Positions 51,391 through 64,000 of a stretch of DNA of 64,000 bases are shown here, piece by piece. A program made the translations under genes and the position numbers. Position 1 is the first letter of the stretch. Every line of letters begins with the position of its first letter. Source of the stretch: Callorhinchus milii (taxonomy: Eukaryota); the NCBI RefSeq assembly GCF_018977255.1, contig NW_024704742.1, positions 20,028,001 through 20,092,000 on the forward strand, written 5' to 3'. The notes under the pieces are model-generated. The model had not been told where the DNA came from and ran no database searches. It saw only the letters and a list, made by a program, of their open reading frames with translations.

Positions 51391-51399
51391 TCACGTATT

Positions 51400-51740
51400 G
51401 GAGTCCTATAGCTCAGTGCTTAGATCACTTGCCTCGCAAGCAAGTGTGAGACCTGGGTTTGATTCCCGGCAGGGTGAAACGTTGGGCAAGTTTCCTTACC
51501 CCATAGGCCTCTATTTACCTCACAGTAAGTAGGAACCCAGTTGTTAGTTGATTGGCAGATTGCTTTTCCGGGGGTAATAATTCCTTCAAATAAAATAGTT
51601 ACTCAATCCACTACTGTTTATGGGACATTGCTGTACGCAATTGGTTGCTGTGTTTCCCCCATAAAATATATAGTGAATTCACTATATAGTATATCTCGAA
51701 GATGTGATAAGGCGCTGTATCAAATGCAAGGATTATTATT
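51400..51740 (+). mobile_element. tRNA-Ala SINE, long subfamily
   Basis: Head, CORE-like block and tail. Confidence 0.88.
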
Positions 51741-52303
51741 GTTGCCTCGAAAGAACCATACTCCTCCCTTTCAGGTTGTCAGATCATCTCCCCTGCCTGC
51801 TAGATGGGAGAAGAACTAGATATCTAATTATGACAGAACAAATTGCATAATTGCAGAAACTGACACTGTTTGTAAAATTACATGATAAGTGTCTCGCAAC
51901 AAGGTCATTTCATGGTGGAAAAAAGTGTGTGTTAGCTTCCCATTAAGCTTTCTACTGGTCTCTGGATTTTGCTACATGACTGCTATGATTAACAAAACAG
52001 CAATTAGTTATTTTCCTGACAATTATTACAACAACCGCCACCTTTAAGAGCAAGTCACAGAGGACCTTGTATTAGAGCATCAGTACAGGCATGTACCCAC
52101 AGCATCTGAAATAGAACAGGAGTTGGACAGAAACAGCCATCATTACTTTTGCCTTACTAACATACATTGATCACTAAAAATTTGATTGATTCTATTAAAT
52201 CTTTAATAACCAAAAATTGCATTCTGAAGGTAATAAAATGCTTGTGAGGGATTACCTTGAGTGAAGAACATTATACAAATGCATGTTGTTGTTGATCAGA
52301 AGT

Positions 52304-52611
52304 GGAGTCCCTTAGCTCAGTGGTTAGAGCACTCGCTTTGCAAGCGAGAGACCTGAGTTGAATTCCAGGTCAGGGCGAAACCTTGGGCAAGTTTCCTTAC
52401 TCCACACAGAGCCTAATAATAATCCCTCCAAAAACAATAATAAATTGGTCATTTTCAATCTACGACTGTTTGTGGGACATTGCTGTGCGCAATTGGCTGC
52501 TGCGTTCGCCCACAAATATACAGTCAATTCACTTTACAGTGTGTTCTGTGAAGCGCTTTGGGACGTCCTCCCGACGTGAAAAGCGCTATATCAAATGTAA
52601 GTATTATTATA
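52304..52611 (+). mobile_element. tRNA-Ala SINE, short subfamily, full length and young
   Basis: Near-identical to 42950-43270. Confidence 0.95.
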
Positions 52612-52977
52612 GAAGAAGCACTTTTAGCAATCAGAATATGTTGAATTTATTGTCTCAGTTGTCTGGCCTTTTACAGTCTACAACAACATTACATTTGTCC
52701 TGTAGTCTAGCAGGCAGGTCTTGATTAATCTCATGCTATCTCCTTCTATTCAAACTTAGTCTCCCAATATGAGTGTTGGTCATTCACTTAAGATCTCTCA
52801 ATTTTAACAAAATTTTAACATTGTTGCATCTATTTTTATCAAGACACAGAGGACCGACTAGCTTAGATAAAGAGAAATGGCTGGAAGAGCAAAAGATCGT
52901 TTTAGCAATCATAGGTTGATGAATTATTGTATTCAACAATCATTATGTGCAAGTCTGTATACTGATTAACATCATAA

Positions 52978-53375
52978 CATCCGTAACATCGCCCGACTCC
53001 GCCACTACCTCACCCCTCAGGCCGCTGAAACTCTTGTTTTGCCTTCATCACCTCCAGGCTCAACTATGCAAACTCCCTGCTTGTCAGCCTTCCCAACTCC
53101 TCCCTCCACAGGCTGCAGATAATCCAGAACTCTGCAGCCCGTGTCCTCTCTTACACCAAACTCCATGACCCCATCTCCCCCAGTCTTGCCTGACTCCATT
53201 GGCTCCCTATCCTTCAGAGGATCCAGTTCAAGATCCTGGTACTCACGTACAAAGCCCTCCATGGCCTCTCCCCACCCTATCTCTTTAACCTCCTAACTCT
53301 CTACAAACCTGCCCGCTCCCTCTGCTCAGCCAGCTCCGGCCTGCTCCACATCCACCGACCCACCCACCCCACTAT
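52978..53375 (+). mobile_element. L2 fragment (same subfamily as 33636-36651)
   Basis: High identity to 36025-36410. Confidence 0.9.
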
Positions 53376-53989
53376 TAATCCTGAAGTCCCATTTGCCTGT
53401 TCAGGAGAAGATTAAAGATCTCATAGAACTACTTGAAAACAGAAGAGAGCTTCCCCTGGTGTTCTAGCCAACCGTCTTCCAGAAAAAACTCATCATTCAC
53501 TCATGATTGTTTGTGGTACATTGCTGTAAACGAATTGCCTGCTGTGTTTTCTGACAATTACACAGTCACTACACTTTACAGAAATTCTAGGTGAAACAAT
53601 TTGATGTAATAATGTGCTATATCAAATTGTATTAGACCCTAAAATGTGTGACTGAGGGCTAAACATCTATTAATGTACAGTAAGGATGCTCAAAACTCCC
53701 ATTATGGTACAATGTACAATGTACATTGAATTCTCAGCAACGGAATTCAATTCATGACCTTTGATATCCAGTGACCTCAGTTTGTGACCCCAGTTTTCAT
53801 GTGATACTTTGTCAAATGCCTTTAAAACAGTTTTAGTGGAGATTCAATGGCTACGAACATAACTTTGATATAAGACCATACACATATCTGACAATTGTAT
53901 ACATGAGCCACAGACTACTGCTGGTACAATATTCTTCATTAAATTATTTACCACTTTAAGATTGATGGTGCTAATCTCGTACTATATTT

Positions 53990-54600
53990 TGATCAGGAGA
54001 GGGATCTAAGGGTTATTGTACTTAAGTCTATGAAACATTACGATGACACCTTAGTAATACGAATAAACAGATAGTGGATTTAATTTGTTGAAGGAGTAAG
54101 TACAATTCAAGAGACGTTATCTTGACATTGGTCAGACTTGTTCTGAAACTCTACAATACTCTACAATTCTAGTCACCTCATCATCGTGAGGATTGTATTG
54201 ATTTTGAGAGTGTACTAAAGCAGGCAAACAAGATCCAGATATTAGGAATCAAAGCTACAATTTTTGAGTGTTGGCTCCTTTTTACTTTGAACAAGAGACT
54301 TTGAAGTGACCAATAATGAAATATTCAAATAATGAAGAGCATTGACAAAGTTGATCTTGGCCAATTGTACATTATGATGCAGGGGACACAATGACACATA
54401 TTGATAAGTTAGAAGTGAGGAGGGAAGGCAACTTTAGTTTTGGGCAGAGTAAGAGGCTTATTCAATATTACTAAGGCAAGAGATTAAAGGAAAAAACTGG
54501 AGAGCAAAAAATAATTGGAAAAATATAAAAGAATGTTAATGGAGTTTAAAATGATCTAAAAAGCAACAAGCTTGTAGGAGCTTATGATTTTTTGCTACTC
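53990..54600 (+). mobile_element. highly decayed CR1 3' part
   Basis: ERDL.V.V, LVR and CR1 C-terminal remnants. Confidence 0.5.
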
Positions 54601-55314
54601 TTAAAATTTCTTATTTATTTTGTTCTTTAAAGCAAAAAAAAGGAGCATGAAAGATTGTGCTGGCAATGCTGCAAATGTTTTCATATATATTATCTGTAGA
54701 AATTGCCCATTATTTGCAGGTTGTCATTTGTTTATAAACCTAACTCTTTACTCGGAGTATACAAAACACAGAATATGAATGGCTTTAAGATCTTTGGGAA
54801 GATTCATGTTGAAGAATGACAATTGATCTTATGCTTGGAAATTGGAAAGAGAGCCATCCTTTTGGATTTGTAGATGTTGCACTGGTTTCATAGATTGCTC
54901 TGATGTGCATTATATTAAGACATTTAGATTGAAATATTCTGTGACTTCTGTGATGAGTTAAGAGGATTTGGAGTGTCAGGTCTGCATGTATTCTGTGAGT
55001 GTACCAATAACTTCTATGCTGCCAGCACCTTTCAGATCTTCACTGACACTGCTTTAGGTATCAAAAAGTCTTTTTTTTTACACACTGTCTTTGTAGCTTT
55101 GCTTGGGACGTAATGCACTATATCAACTTCCCAAATGCCCACAGCAGAAGTTCAGACCAAAAGCTCAACTGTTTGTCATTTCACCTGGGCAGTGTCTTGG
55201 GTTCAAGCAACTTTACCTGTGCATTGTCTACGGGAACATGTGCATGCACACAGAAAAGAACACAGCTTGTGCAAGTGTTACACAATGCTAGGAATATCAC
55301 CTTGGATGTTTTTG

Positions 55315-55670
55315 CCTGGTTCAGTTGGTAGCACTTCTGTGGATCAGAAGATTGTGGGTTCAAGCACCACTTTGGGACTCTGTGCTCACAGTCTAGGCTG
55401 ACGTTCTGATACAATGCTGAGGAAAGTACTGCATTGTCAGATTTTCCACCCTTTGGATGAGACATTAAACCAAGGTCCTATGTACATGTAGATGTCGACA
55501 ATCCTGTCCACTATTTGAAAAGAGAAGACCCTCCACCAGTATCCTGGCCAACAATCCCCCAGAGAAATAGGTTTTGTTTGATCACAAAACTTTGCTGTGT
55601 TGCTGCACTTGAAATAATAGTTTTGTGGCAGTTTAACATTAACAGGTGCCATAAAAATGCAAGTTCTTTC
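55315..55670 (+). mobile_element. DeuSINE (SacSINE1-like)
   Basis: cagttggtagcact head, tgggttcaag, ggatgagacattaaacc, tail. Confidence 0.8.
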
Positions 55671-55861
55671 TGCCTTACATAAAAATTAAAGCACCATGCG
55701 GAGGATAATACTGTGGGGCAAAACTTGCAGTGCTAAATAGCCTTATTTTTAACTAACACAAGAAATGCGTTCTTGATTTTCACAAATTTCTAACGTAATT
55801 TTTACTGGGTTAACACACAAGACAATCAACACTGCAATCTGAAGCTACTATAGCTTCAACC

Positions 55862-56045
55862 ATTCTCTTCAACCGTGCCTTCAGCTCCCCTCTCGACTCT
55901 CTACCCCCTCCTCGCTCCCTCCCCTCCCGCCCCTCACCCTGACCATTTCCCCCCTGCTCGGGTCCCGACCCAACTGTCCAGCACCTTGGAACATCCTCCC
56001 GACGTGAAAGGCGCTCTATAAATGCAATCTTGTTGTTGTTGTTGT
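55862..56045 (+). mobile_element. L2 3' end
   Basis: Matches 50930-51097. Confidence 0.88.
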
Positions 56046-56197
56046 ACAGGTACTCCATGCCAGAAATGCAAGAAATGCACTATTGAATTGCACAAAATTC
56101 TGACATTTTCCCTGCCGTTAACACACAAGAGAATTTGTACCTTTCACTCCCTGTCAAAAATCCTCTGCTGTTATTGAGGCAGATTTTTGGTAACAAT

Positions 56198-56248
56198 TTT
56201 TTTTTGGTCAGCTAGGTGTCTAACTCATGTGGAAACCCATCCCCATGC
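56198..56248 (-). mobile_element. family X, ~50-bp 5'-truncated copy with poly(A) and TSD
   Basis: tttggtaacaat at both 56186-56197 and 56249-56260. Confidence 0.8.
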
Positions 56249-57799
56249 TTTGGTAACAATCTGGGGGTGTGAGGAGAATCCATTGGAATGGACACAATGA
56301 AGACCCTAAGGTAGGGGGAATCTCATGCCTCTTGTGTGACACTTCTCCACTTTGAGGTAATAAGGCCTCCAACTTCTTGATGCAGCCAACCCTGATTTTG
56401 TCCTCTGTTTTATATTGTTCAAGTGGATTGAGATGTATTTAGCTTCTATCCAAGAATCAGAACATGCACTTAGCATGCCAGAATTATCTGCTGGAGTTAT
56501 AGAGAGCATTTTTGTTTTTCTGAACAGCAGTCAAAAATGTTTTTGCTACAATAAATTGCACACTGAAACATCATTGAAATGCACTTTCTCCTTATTCTTT
56601 CTGGGTCACTGTTTGCGTAGTCTGACATTTCTGCACTGTGTCAGTTTGGAAACCCAAACAGTCTATACTCACCTTCGTTGCAGCATGTGCACCACCATTC
56701 CTCTTATGCTGTGACCATGACAGTGGAAAACCATGAAGTGCGTAATTGTGGCATCTTTGCATTAGTACAAGCCAAACTCATTTGGCCCAAGTTTCTTGTG
56801 TCCCTGTACAAGACAAGTACAAGTAATATTTTACTTAAGCTGTGAGGAAAATCCTTCTTTTCTGTTTGAATTATTTTATGCTCTTGTGCTCGGAATGTAA
56901 AATCCAGTCCAATATATATTTTTAGACTGAGTTGTTTGGACCACATATTTGGACCACAACCTTTTCAATTTTCATTGCTACTGGATTTTCTCTAAGCAGG
57001 GTTTCGCTGCTGTGAGGTTGAATCATTCAGTAAACCATTTTTCTCAAATTTATGATCCAGTTGAATCTAGACACCAGAAAATGCATACCTGAACTAAGCA
57101 CAAATCCAGTCTTTGTGTAGAATTTGAATCTACTGTGCTATTCACTTCCAGTGTATTATAACCTTTCATTGGACAATAATGGCAATCACAGCATGCTTTA
57201 AAATACTTAAGAGGATTTTAAACCTCCTTTGGTCAAAGCAGTCAAAGATTTATTGTAATTGTCCAAGCATTTTAGTTCAGGATGAATCTTGCATCTTGTT
57301 GATTGAAATTGTGAGGGGACCGATGAATGTATGTGGGAATTATGAATAATTTTCCAATTGCTTCTTCAGAATGATTCATCACCACAATCCATTTGGTACA
57401 ATAAATATTGATAAATAAATATTACGGAACCACTTCCAGAGTTAACTTGCACAAGGAATGAATGAGTATAGAAAATATATAAAGATAAATAAGCATATTC
57501 CCCTTTCTATTTTGGCTGTTTGTGGGACATTGCTGTGTGCAAATTGTCTGCCGTGTTCACACGCAAACTGCAGTCACACCACTTTACAGTAAAATCGTAT
57601 GAAGTGCTTTGAGACATCTTGATGATGTGATAAGGTGCTACATCAAATGCAAGGATTAATATTATAAAATTGTTGTGTTGATGAGCACCATGCAGTCCTT
57701 TCCAAGGTAAATATCTGGCAATGGTGTGTCTGTTTTGGATGCACATTGGGAGTGGGTCAAATTTTGAAGGTCACTGGATGCCTTGCATGAATGTCGTTG

Positions 57800-58050
57800 A
57801 TTGGGCTTCAGCCTCTCTGCCCCACTCTTTGGAACTCCATCCCACAGTCCTTACCCCATCTTTGCCTCCTTTAAGGCCCGTTCAACACTTTCTTTGACCA
57901 CACCTTTGTTAACTCTCCTACCCCTACCCTCCATGTTCTCCACCCCTCCTGATCCCAACCTCAGATTGGGTGCACAACCTTGGCTGTTCAGCACTTTGGG
58001 ACACCGTCTTAATGTGAAAGAAGCTAAACAATGCAAATGTTGTGGTTGCA
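57800..58050 (+). mobile_element. L2 3' fragment
   Basis: FSLSAP.LWNS-like motif and decayed tail. Confidence 0.75.
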
Positions 58051-58975
58051 ATGTGACAAAGTCGGGTAGTAATTTGTCATTAGAGATATTAATTATTAAT
58101 GCCCACGTTACAGGGTCTCACCCACCAAAATATCCTGAATCATCCAGATCAAGTGAAGACAGCCATATAGTATCTAGCCACTTAAGCAACCATTGAACTA
58201 ATTTACCCAATAATATTCCATTCACCTCATCCATCTAATTTCTGACAAACCCATATGTAATCATAAACCATAACTCATTACAATGCCAACCACTCAACCA
58301 GACCAACTCCCATCGCTATGCATTGATTCACCAGCCCAAGCACTCATTGACACGATGAACAAACATGAGAGCCAAGCAGCATCAACTACAATTACCCTAT
58401 TTGTTCCCCAAATTCACTCACCATCCATTTCAATGTGATATAATTTTGCATTGTAGCAGGAGTGGTTAAAAGCATTGCAGATGTCAACTATACTGCATTC
58501 ATAAGAAAAAAAATTAGCATTGCACCTGATATTAATTTTAATGACTCATTCGCACTTCTAATGTATCACAGCAGTTGAACGATTATTTATCATGCATAGT
58601 TTGCCATCAGCCAATAAAAATTGTCAGTATCCAGTAATAAAATATTAAATGTAGCCTTGGAAGAATTGATTCCCTCCAAGACTGACAACAGTAAGTCCAT
58701 CTTCACAGCATCGTCAACCTGTGAAGAATACTCCAACATCATGTTACAGGGCTCATCAGGAAAGACATTAGTCTTTTCCCTTAAAGACCAAAAATATTAA
58801 GTATTCAGCAATGTTATTAAACTATTTCATTACGTAGCAGTGAGCTAGCACCACCGTTTTCCAACCAAGAAGAGCTTCAAGAATGGTTTATGTTAGTTTC
58901 ATTCTAGTGTACAAATTAATGTATAAATATCTACTTGTAATCACAGGCAAAATTGGAAGTAGTTGGGTTGTACAA

Positions 58976-59137
58976 CAATAATAATAATCCTTGCATTTGA
59001 TATAACGCCTCATCACATCTTTGAGATGTCTCAAAGCACTTCACAGAATATACTGTGAAGTGAATTGCAGGTGAAACAATGCAGCCAATTGCATACAGCA
59101 TTGTCCCATAAACAGTTGTGGATTGAGTGACCAAATT
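58976..59137 (-). mobile_element. SINE 3' half
   Basis: (AAT)n tail and Deu-like block. Confidence 0.85.
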
Positions 59138-59149
59138 ATTATCCTGCAA

Positions 59150-60362
59150 ACATCTAAGTTTGCAGACAACACGAAGCGAGGAGGTGCAGTAAGTTGTGTA
59201 GATGGGAGTAGGAAGTCACAAAGGGCTGTAGACAGATTAAGTGAGTGGGCAAACCTGTGGCAGATGGAGTTCAATGTAGGGAAGTGTAAGGTGTATATAT
59301 ATATATATATATATATACTATATTACTATGGATCAAAAACAGATATGTCAGAAGCCTTCAGCCACTCGACCCCCAACCTCTGGAATTCCATCCCCCAGTC
59401 ACTCTGCCTCGTCCCCTCCTTAGCCTACTTCAACTCCTGCCTCAAAACCCTTTTCGCCATTGGTCACCCCCCTTTCCCCTCCCCGACCCCAGCTTGGGTC
59501 TGAAATGCTGTCCAGCGCCTTGGGACGTCCTCCCGACATGAAATGCGCTATACAAATGTAATCTTGCTGCTGGTGTTATAAGAACTGTGGAGGAGCAAAG
59601 GGATTTGGTTGTCCATAGCCACAAATTCACTTTACAGTATATTCTGTGAAGCGCTTTGGGACATTTAGAGGATATGAAAAGCACTATATCAAATGCAAGG
59701 ATTATTATTATTAAATCGCTAAATACTAGCTTCCAAGTGCAAAAAAAAGGTGAGTGGAATTTTGGCCTTTATATCAAGGGGCCTGGAATGCAAAGTGGAA
59801 GAAATTATGCTTCAACTGTGTTGGTTAGACCCCATCTGGAGTACTGTGTTCAGTTTTGGGCACCTCTGGAAAGATATTGGCCCTAAAGGCAGTGCAGGTT
59901 CACCAGAGTATTACCAGACCTTAAAGGAAATGTTGTGTAAACTTGGATTATATTCTCTTGAGTTTGGAAGATTGAGGGGTGATTTGACTGAGGTATTTAA
60001 ATGATAAAGGGATTCGATAGGGGAGATACGGAGAAGCTATTTCCTCTGGTGGGGGAATCCAAAACAAGGGGCCATTGTCTTAAAATTAGAACCAGGCCAT
60101 TTAAGAGTGAAATCAGGAAACATGTTTTCACTCAAAGGGCAGTAGAAATCTGTGACTCTCTTCCCCAAAAGACTGTGGATGCTGGATCCATTCACTCCTT
60201 CAAGTGAGGTTGATAGATTTTTGGTAGGTCAGGGTATCAAGGGATATGGAGAAAAAGCGAGAAATTGGAATTGACAGGATTAGTTAAGGTACAGATCAGC
60301 TATGATTTAATGGAATGGCAGAACAGGCACAAAGGGCTGAATGGCCTACTTAAGTTCCTATG
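59150..60362 (+). mobile_element. 5'-truncated CR1 LINE with nested L2 (59351-59575) and SINE tail (59620-59712)
   Basis: SKFADNTKRGG, WQMEFNVGKCKV, LVRPHLEYCVQFWAP, RLRGDLTEVFK, TRGH; 3' end gggctgaatggcctac...ttcctatg. Confidence 0.93.
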
Positions 60363-61184
60363 AATGGCTTATGTTATCTTATTCTAGTGTACAAAGTAAT
60401 GGTTAAACATCCACTCGTAATCACAGGCAAAATTGGAAGCAGTTGGGTTGTACAATCATCCTGCAACACTGTAGCATGCTATAATTGAAAGCCAAGAAGT
60501 TTGAATAAAGGGTCAGATTTAAGTTCACTTGAAAGCATGGACAGAGTTTAATAATTCTAATCCTTGAATTTGATGTAGCGCGACTTCGAGACATCTCAAA
60601 GCACTTCACAGGAATATACTGTAAAGTGTATTTTGTGGACAAAATGCAATAGCCAATTGCGCACAGCAGTTTAAACTGGGGAGAGGCTCAAGTGAGAACA
60701 GAGGCATCATTTCAGATTCATTTCAGACATTTTTTTAGGCGAGGGGTTTGGGGCCCCCAAAGGCAGAGTCCTGGTGGGGGTTTGGGGGTGAAGCCACCAG
60801 CCGCTCATTGATTCTCAGCCTTTTGCAGCCATTTCTGGTACTAGTTTTTAAGCTTTTTTAAAAAGTTTTTAATGCCACAAAACAACCAAGATGCAAACCA
60901 AGGCTTATTTTGCTTACTAATCATTCTGTAATTTTTTTCTGAAAATAAGTGCTGTGATTATTGCTATTAATAAACAAAATAAGTTCTTCTCGACGAGACA
61001 GTTAACTCTTTTTTTTCTTTTCCATCCGACCCAATATTCAAACTAGTCTTCAAGTATATGCATATTCTTTTATCAAAAATATCAGAACTGTCTTTTTATT
61101 TAAAAAAATCACCTTTGAGCTGAACCCCTAAATAGTTCTGTTCGGGCTCCCAGTCAGTTGTGAGAAAAGAGCTATGTAAATTAT

Positions 61185-61460
61185 TCTGTAGCTTAGTGGT
61201 TAGAGTACTCGCCTTGCAAGCGAGAGGACCGGGTTCAATTTCCAGGCTAGGTGAAGCATTGGGCAAATTTCCTTACTCAATATGTCTGTTTACCTAGCAG
61301 TAAGTAGAATCGTTTTCCAGGGTTAATAATCCCTTAAAAAAAACTTAATCACTTAATCCATGACTGTTTATGGGACACTGCTGTGCGCAATTGGCTGCTT
61401 TGTTTTGCACAGGCGTCTCGAAGATGTGATGAGGCACTATATCAAATGCAAGGAATATTA
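61185..61460 (+). mobile_element. tRNA-Ala SINE, long subfamily, internally deleted
   Basis: Head, CORE-like block and tail. Confidence 0.85.
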
Positions 61461-63269
61461 TGTAAACTTACCTAGCAACATTTAAAGAATGTGGATAATC
61501 TTTGATTTAAGATTACATATCTGTACAACTCTATACGTTATTAAATAATTGCAATCTAAAGCTAGTATCCTCTACAATCAACAACGATTTTATAGTAATT
61601 AATCTTAACTACCATGAAATCTAATATTTTCAGATTAGTGTGTATTCTTTGTAATACCTCCACATACATATAGAATTAATGGTTATATTTGTTCATTTTG
61701 ATTATGGTTCTCCAGCCAGAACAGCAAGTTTTGCAGTACCTGATTCCTTCATAATAACCTGTATATGACATTCCTGCTGAGCTTGCTGGCCAGTTGATAA
61801 CATGCAATACTCTTAAGGACTGAATGTGGTTATTTTCTGAACAGCGTGAGACGTTCCATAAACAGGCAGACGATTATTATGAGAAGTTAATACAAAACCT
61901 CTCTAAATTACTATTGTTAGTTGACAACATGTGAGAAAACCTTGAAAGATAATTATGCAGATAGCTGAACAACCCTGAACAGGTTCAGGCTTTGACCTGA
62001 ATGAAACACCCACAGAGGTTACTGCAGTAGTGTAGTTAATGTATCTTTGACTTTAATACCATGGCTAACCTTGACACAAGCAGTAACTCTTTCTACGAGA
62101 CTCATTCTAACTTACTAGTTCTGCAGAAACGCTGCTTCAGTTATATTTCCACTTAATCCTGCTGTGAAATTTGCCGTTAAAACATTAACTATGTGGGTTA
62201 GTCCAGTTATTCATTGCGATTTCAATTACATAGTGAAAATGGGTCCCAAATTAACAAACTTACATCATTACCTATCTATTTGACCTTTGTAAGTGGTATC
62301 CTGACATCCTCAAATCTTTCATTTAAGAGACAAAGAAAAAAACAAAGGATTAGAAGGGAGCAGAACCTTGCAGAAAACATTTTTTTTTAAAAAGGCTTTA
62401 AAGAGGCCTGTCTCTACCTGTAAAGAGAAACGAATAAAAGTCAAGCTTCACACCATCCTGCAGTAAAACCTTTGCAGAAGTCACAAAAACATCAGGTTTA
62501 TGTACAACAGGATTATTATACTGCACTCCTGCCAGTCTCTGTTGTAGCACAGTATTCAGTTATAATTAGAAATGTGACTGAATCTGCAGCATCAGGTTTA
62601 TTACAGAGAGCCAACTTATATAAATCACACAGCCAATGCTGCATTTCTCAACACAGCATAGCGTCATTGATTTTGAGACCTTTCTGTTTTTTATAGAAAG
62701 CTACATTTTCCCCTAAAAGGTAGTAAATGCAGAGGTCTGTAACCTTTTTTGGCAAATTTATGACTCGGGGTTTCTGTAAATGGTTTTATGCTCTATTAAA
62801 AGCGGTACTTTGCTACCTCACCTGCTGAAATTAATTTCCTTAACTGAAGCGGCAATCATTTATGTTGATATATTTTATGCAGGGGATGAACAGCGCTGCC
62901 CAGTGCCGTGTATGTAGATGAAAAAGGGTATTTGTCTTCAGCCACTTCGTTCAACAGCTGTACTTTGCAAGGCATTAAACCAGCTGTCCTCACCAACCAG
63001 AAACTCACATTTACATTTTAAAAACGTTTACTTTGCTTGGTGCAAAGCTGTAAAGTTTCAGTTTTCTCACTCACTCTACATAAATTTTGGGAAGTTTTAT
63101 AAAAGCGCTACATAAAATGCCCATTACAGCAGCAAGAGAGGTCACAGAGTTAGGTTTGTGAGGAGCAAATTTAGAACAGACACCAGAAAGGTATTTCTTT
63201 ACACCGAGGGTGATCAACTGTTGGAATGGGTTAAAAGATTATGGTGGATGAGGTCAGGGCATTGGCACA

Positions 63270-63840
63270 TCTGGGTGTCCGACACATGTGGAAACCCATC
63301 AACATGCTTAAGAGAAACCAAACCATTCTGAGAGTTGCATGTATCCCACCTATATATGGAAATTCCAGAGATGTTGGAATGAAATGTGTACTCTCTCCCT
63401 GGAAGGACATATCCTGCTTTTCTAATTCTGGAAAGCAGGTTGGCAAGAGCCAAGACTTGGGGACCCCAGCGTGTGAGTTGGGGTAACTGCTCGAGTCTTA
63501 AGCAGGTAAAACTGTATAGCTTGTCACTGAGAGAAGCTTTCCTGCTGCTTGTCCAGCTAGGACCACCCTACCAGTTAGGACTTTGGCTTGGAGGGTTAAC
63601 AGGAGCTGAGTGGGAGGATTCCCTGCCCCCAGTGACTGGCCTGCCCTTCCAGGTCCTGCCAATGAGCCAGACCGACTGTGCTTGCATCAACCATGCCCTG
63701 GAGTAATGTGGCCCCACCTAGCTCAGGAACGGGACTACCAAGACCGATGCAGACATTCCATTGCCAAACATGTCACCTGAGAGACAGATTAGCTCCAAAG
63801 AGAACCCGTTTACCCCCCACCCCAGGAGGATAGTCACTTG
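63270..63840 (-). mobile_element. family X retroposon, longest copy (may extend to the window end)
   Basis: Collinear with 41505-42075, 29166-29445 and 17250-17345. Confidence 0.75.
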
Positions 63841-64000
63841 TTGGTCATTTGACATATGACCATCACGGGTTGAGCCTTCGATAGATGAATGGCAGGTATC
63901 AGGAACTCCCTGCGAGCTTCCAGGTGGGCAACACAGCTCATCATGAGAGCAATGCCATCATTTTCCTGTCCACAGACATATATCCCTTCCCATTGAGCTA

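Noticed and set aside
52304..52380. Functional tRNA-Ala gene
   Set aside because: The tRNA-like head runs into the SINE body; no proper acceptor stem or T-run terminator
60700..61170. DNA transposon remnant (ggggtttggggg...aagcc motifs)
   Set aside because: Suggestive, but no TIRs or TSD could be defined
1..64000. Known microRNA hairpins
   Set aside because: Only isolated seed-like words were seen; no full mature sequence match by eye (no database search possible)

Overview
This is vertebrate, repeat-rich, apparently intergenic or intronic DNA. I found no recognisable host protein-coding gene, and every ORF with an identifiable product is a retrotransposon remnant. The repeat content points to a cartilaginous fish, probably a chimaera or elephant-shark relative (inference): L2 LINEs with (TTG)n tails, CR1 fragments, DeuSINE-type (SacSINE1-like) SINEs, a younger tRNA-Ala-headed SINE with (ATT)n tails, and Penelope-like termini. 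The largest element is a ~3 kb disrupted L2 (APE+RT) at 33.6-36.7 kb. The most notable observations are: (1) a U2 snRNA fragment interrupted at its branch-point-recognition region by an L2 tail and lying between two LTR-like segments (22.7-24.3 kb); (2) a 243-bp inverted templated insertion inside a SINE; (3) a ~105-bp direct duplication flanking a CR1 insertion; (4) an unclassified poly(A)-tailed, TSD-forming retroposon family with about 9 copies; (5) a composite tRNA+CORE+Deu+L2-tail SINE with two subfamilies; (6) a Penelope-like palindrome with a decayed hammerhead core; (7) CTCF-like motifs. I cannot support a complete novel gene system here. All alignments were made by eye, family names come from recalled consensus motifs rather than database searches, and boundaries are approximate.
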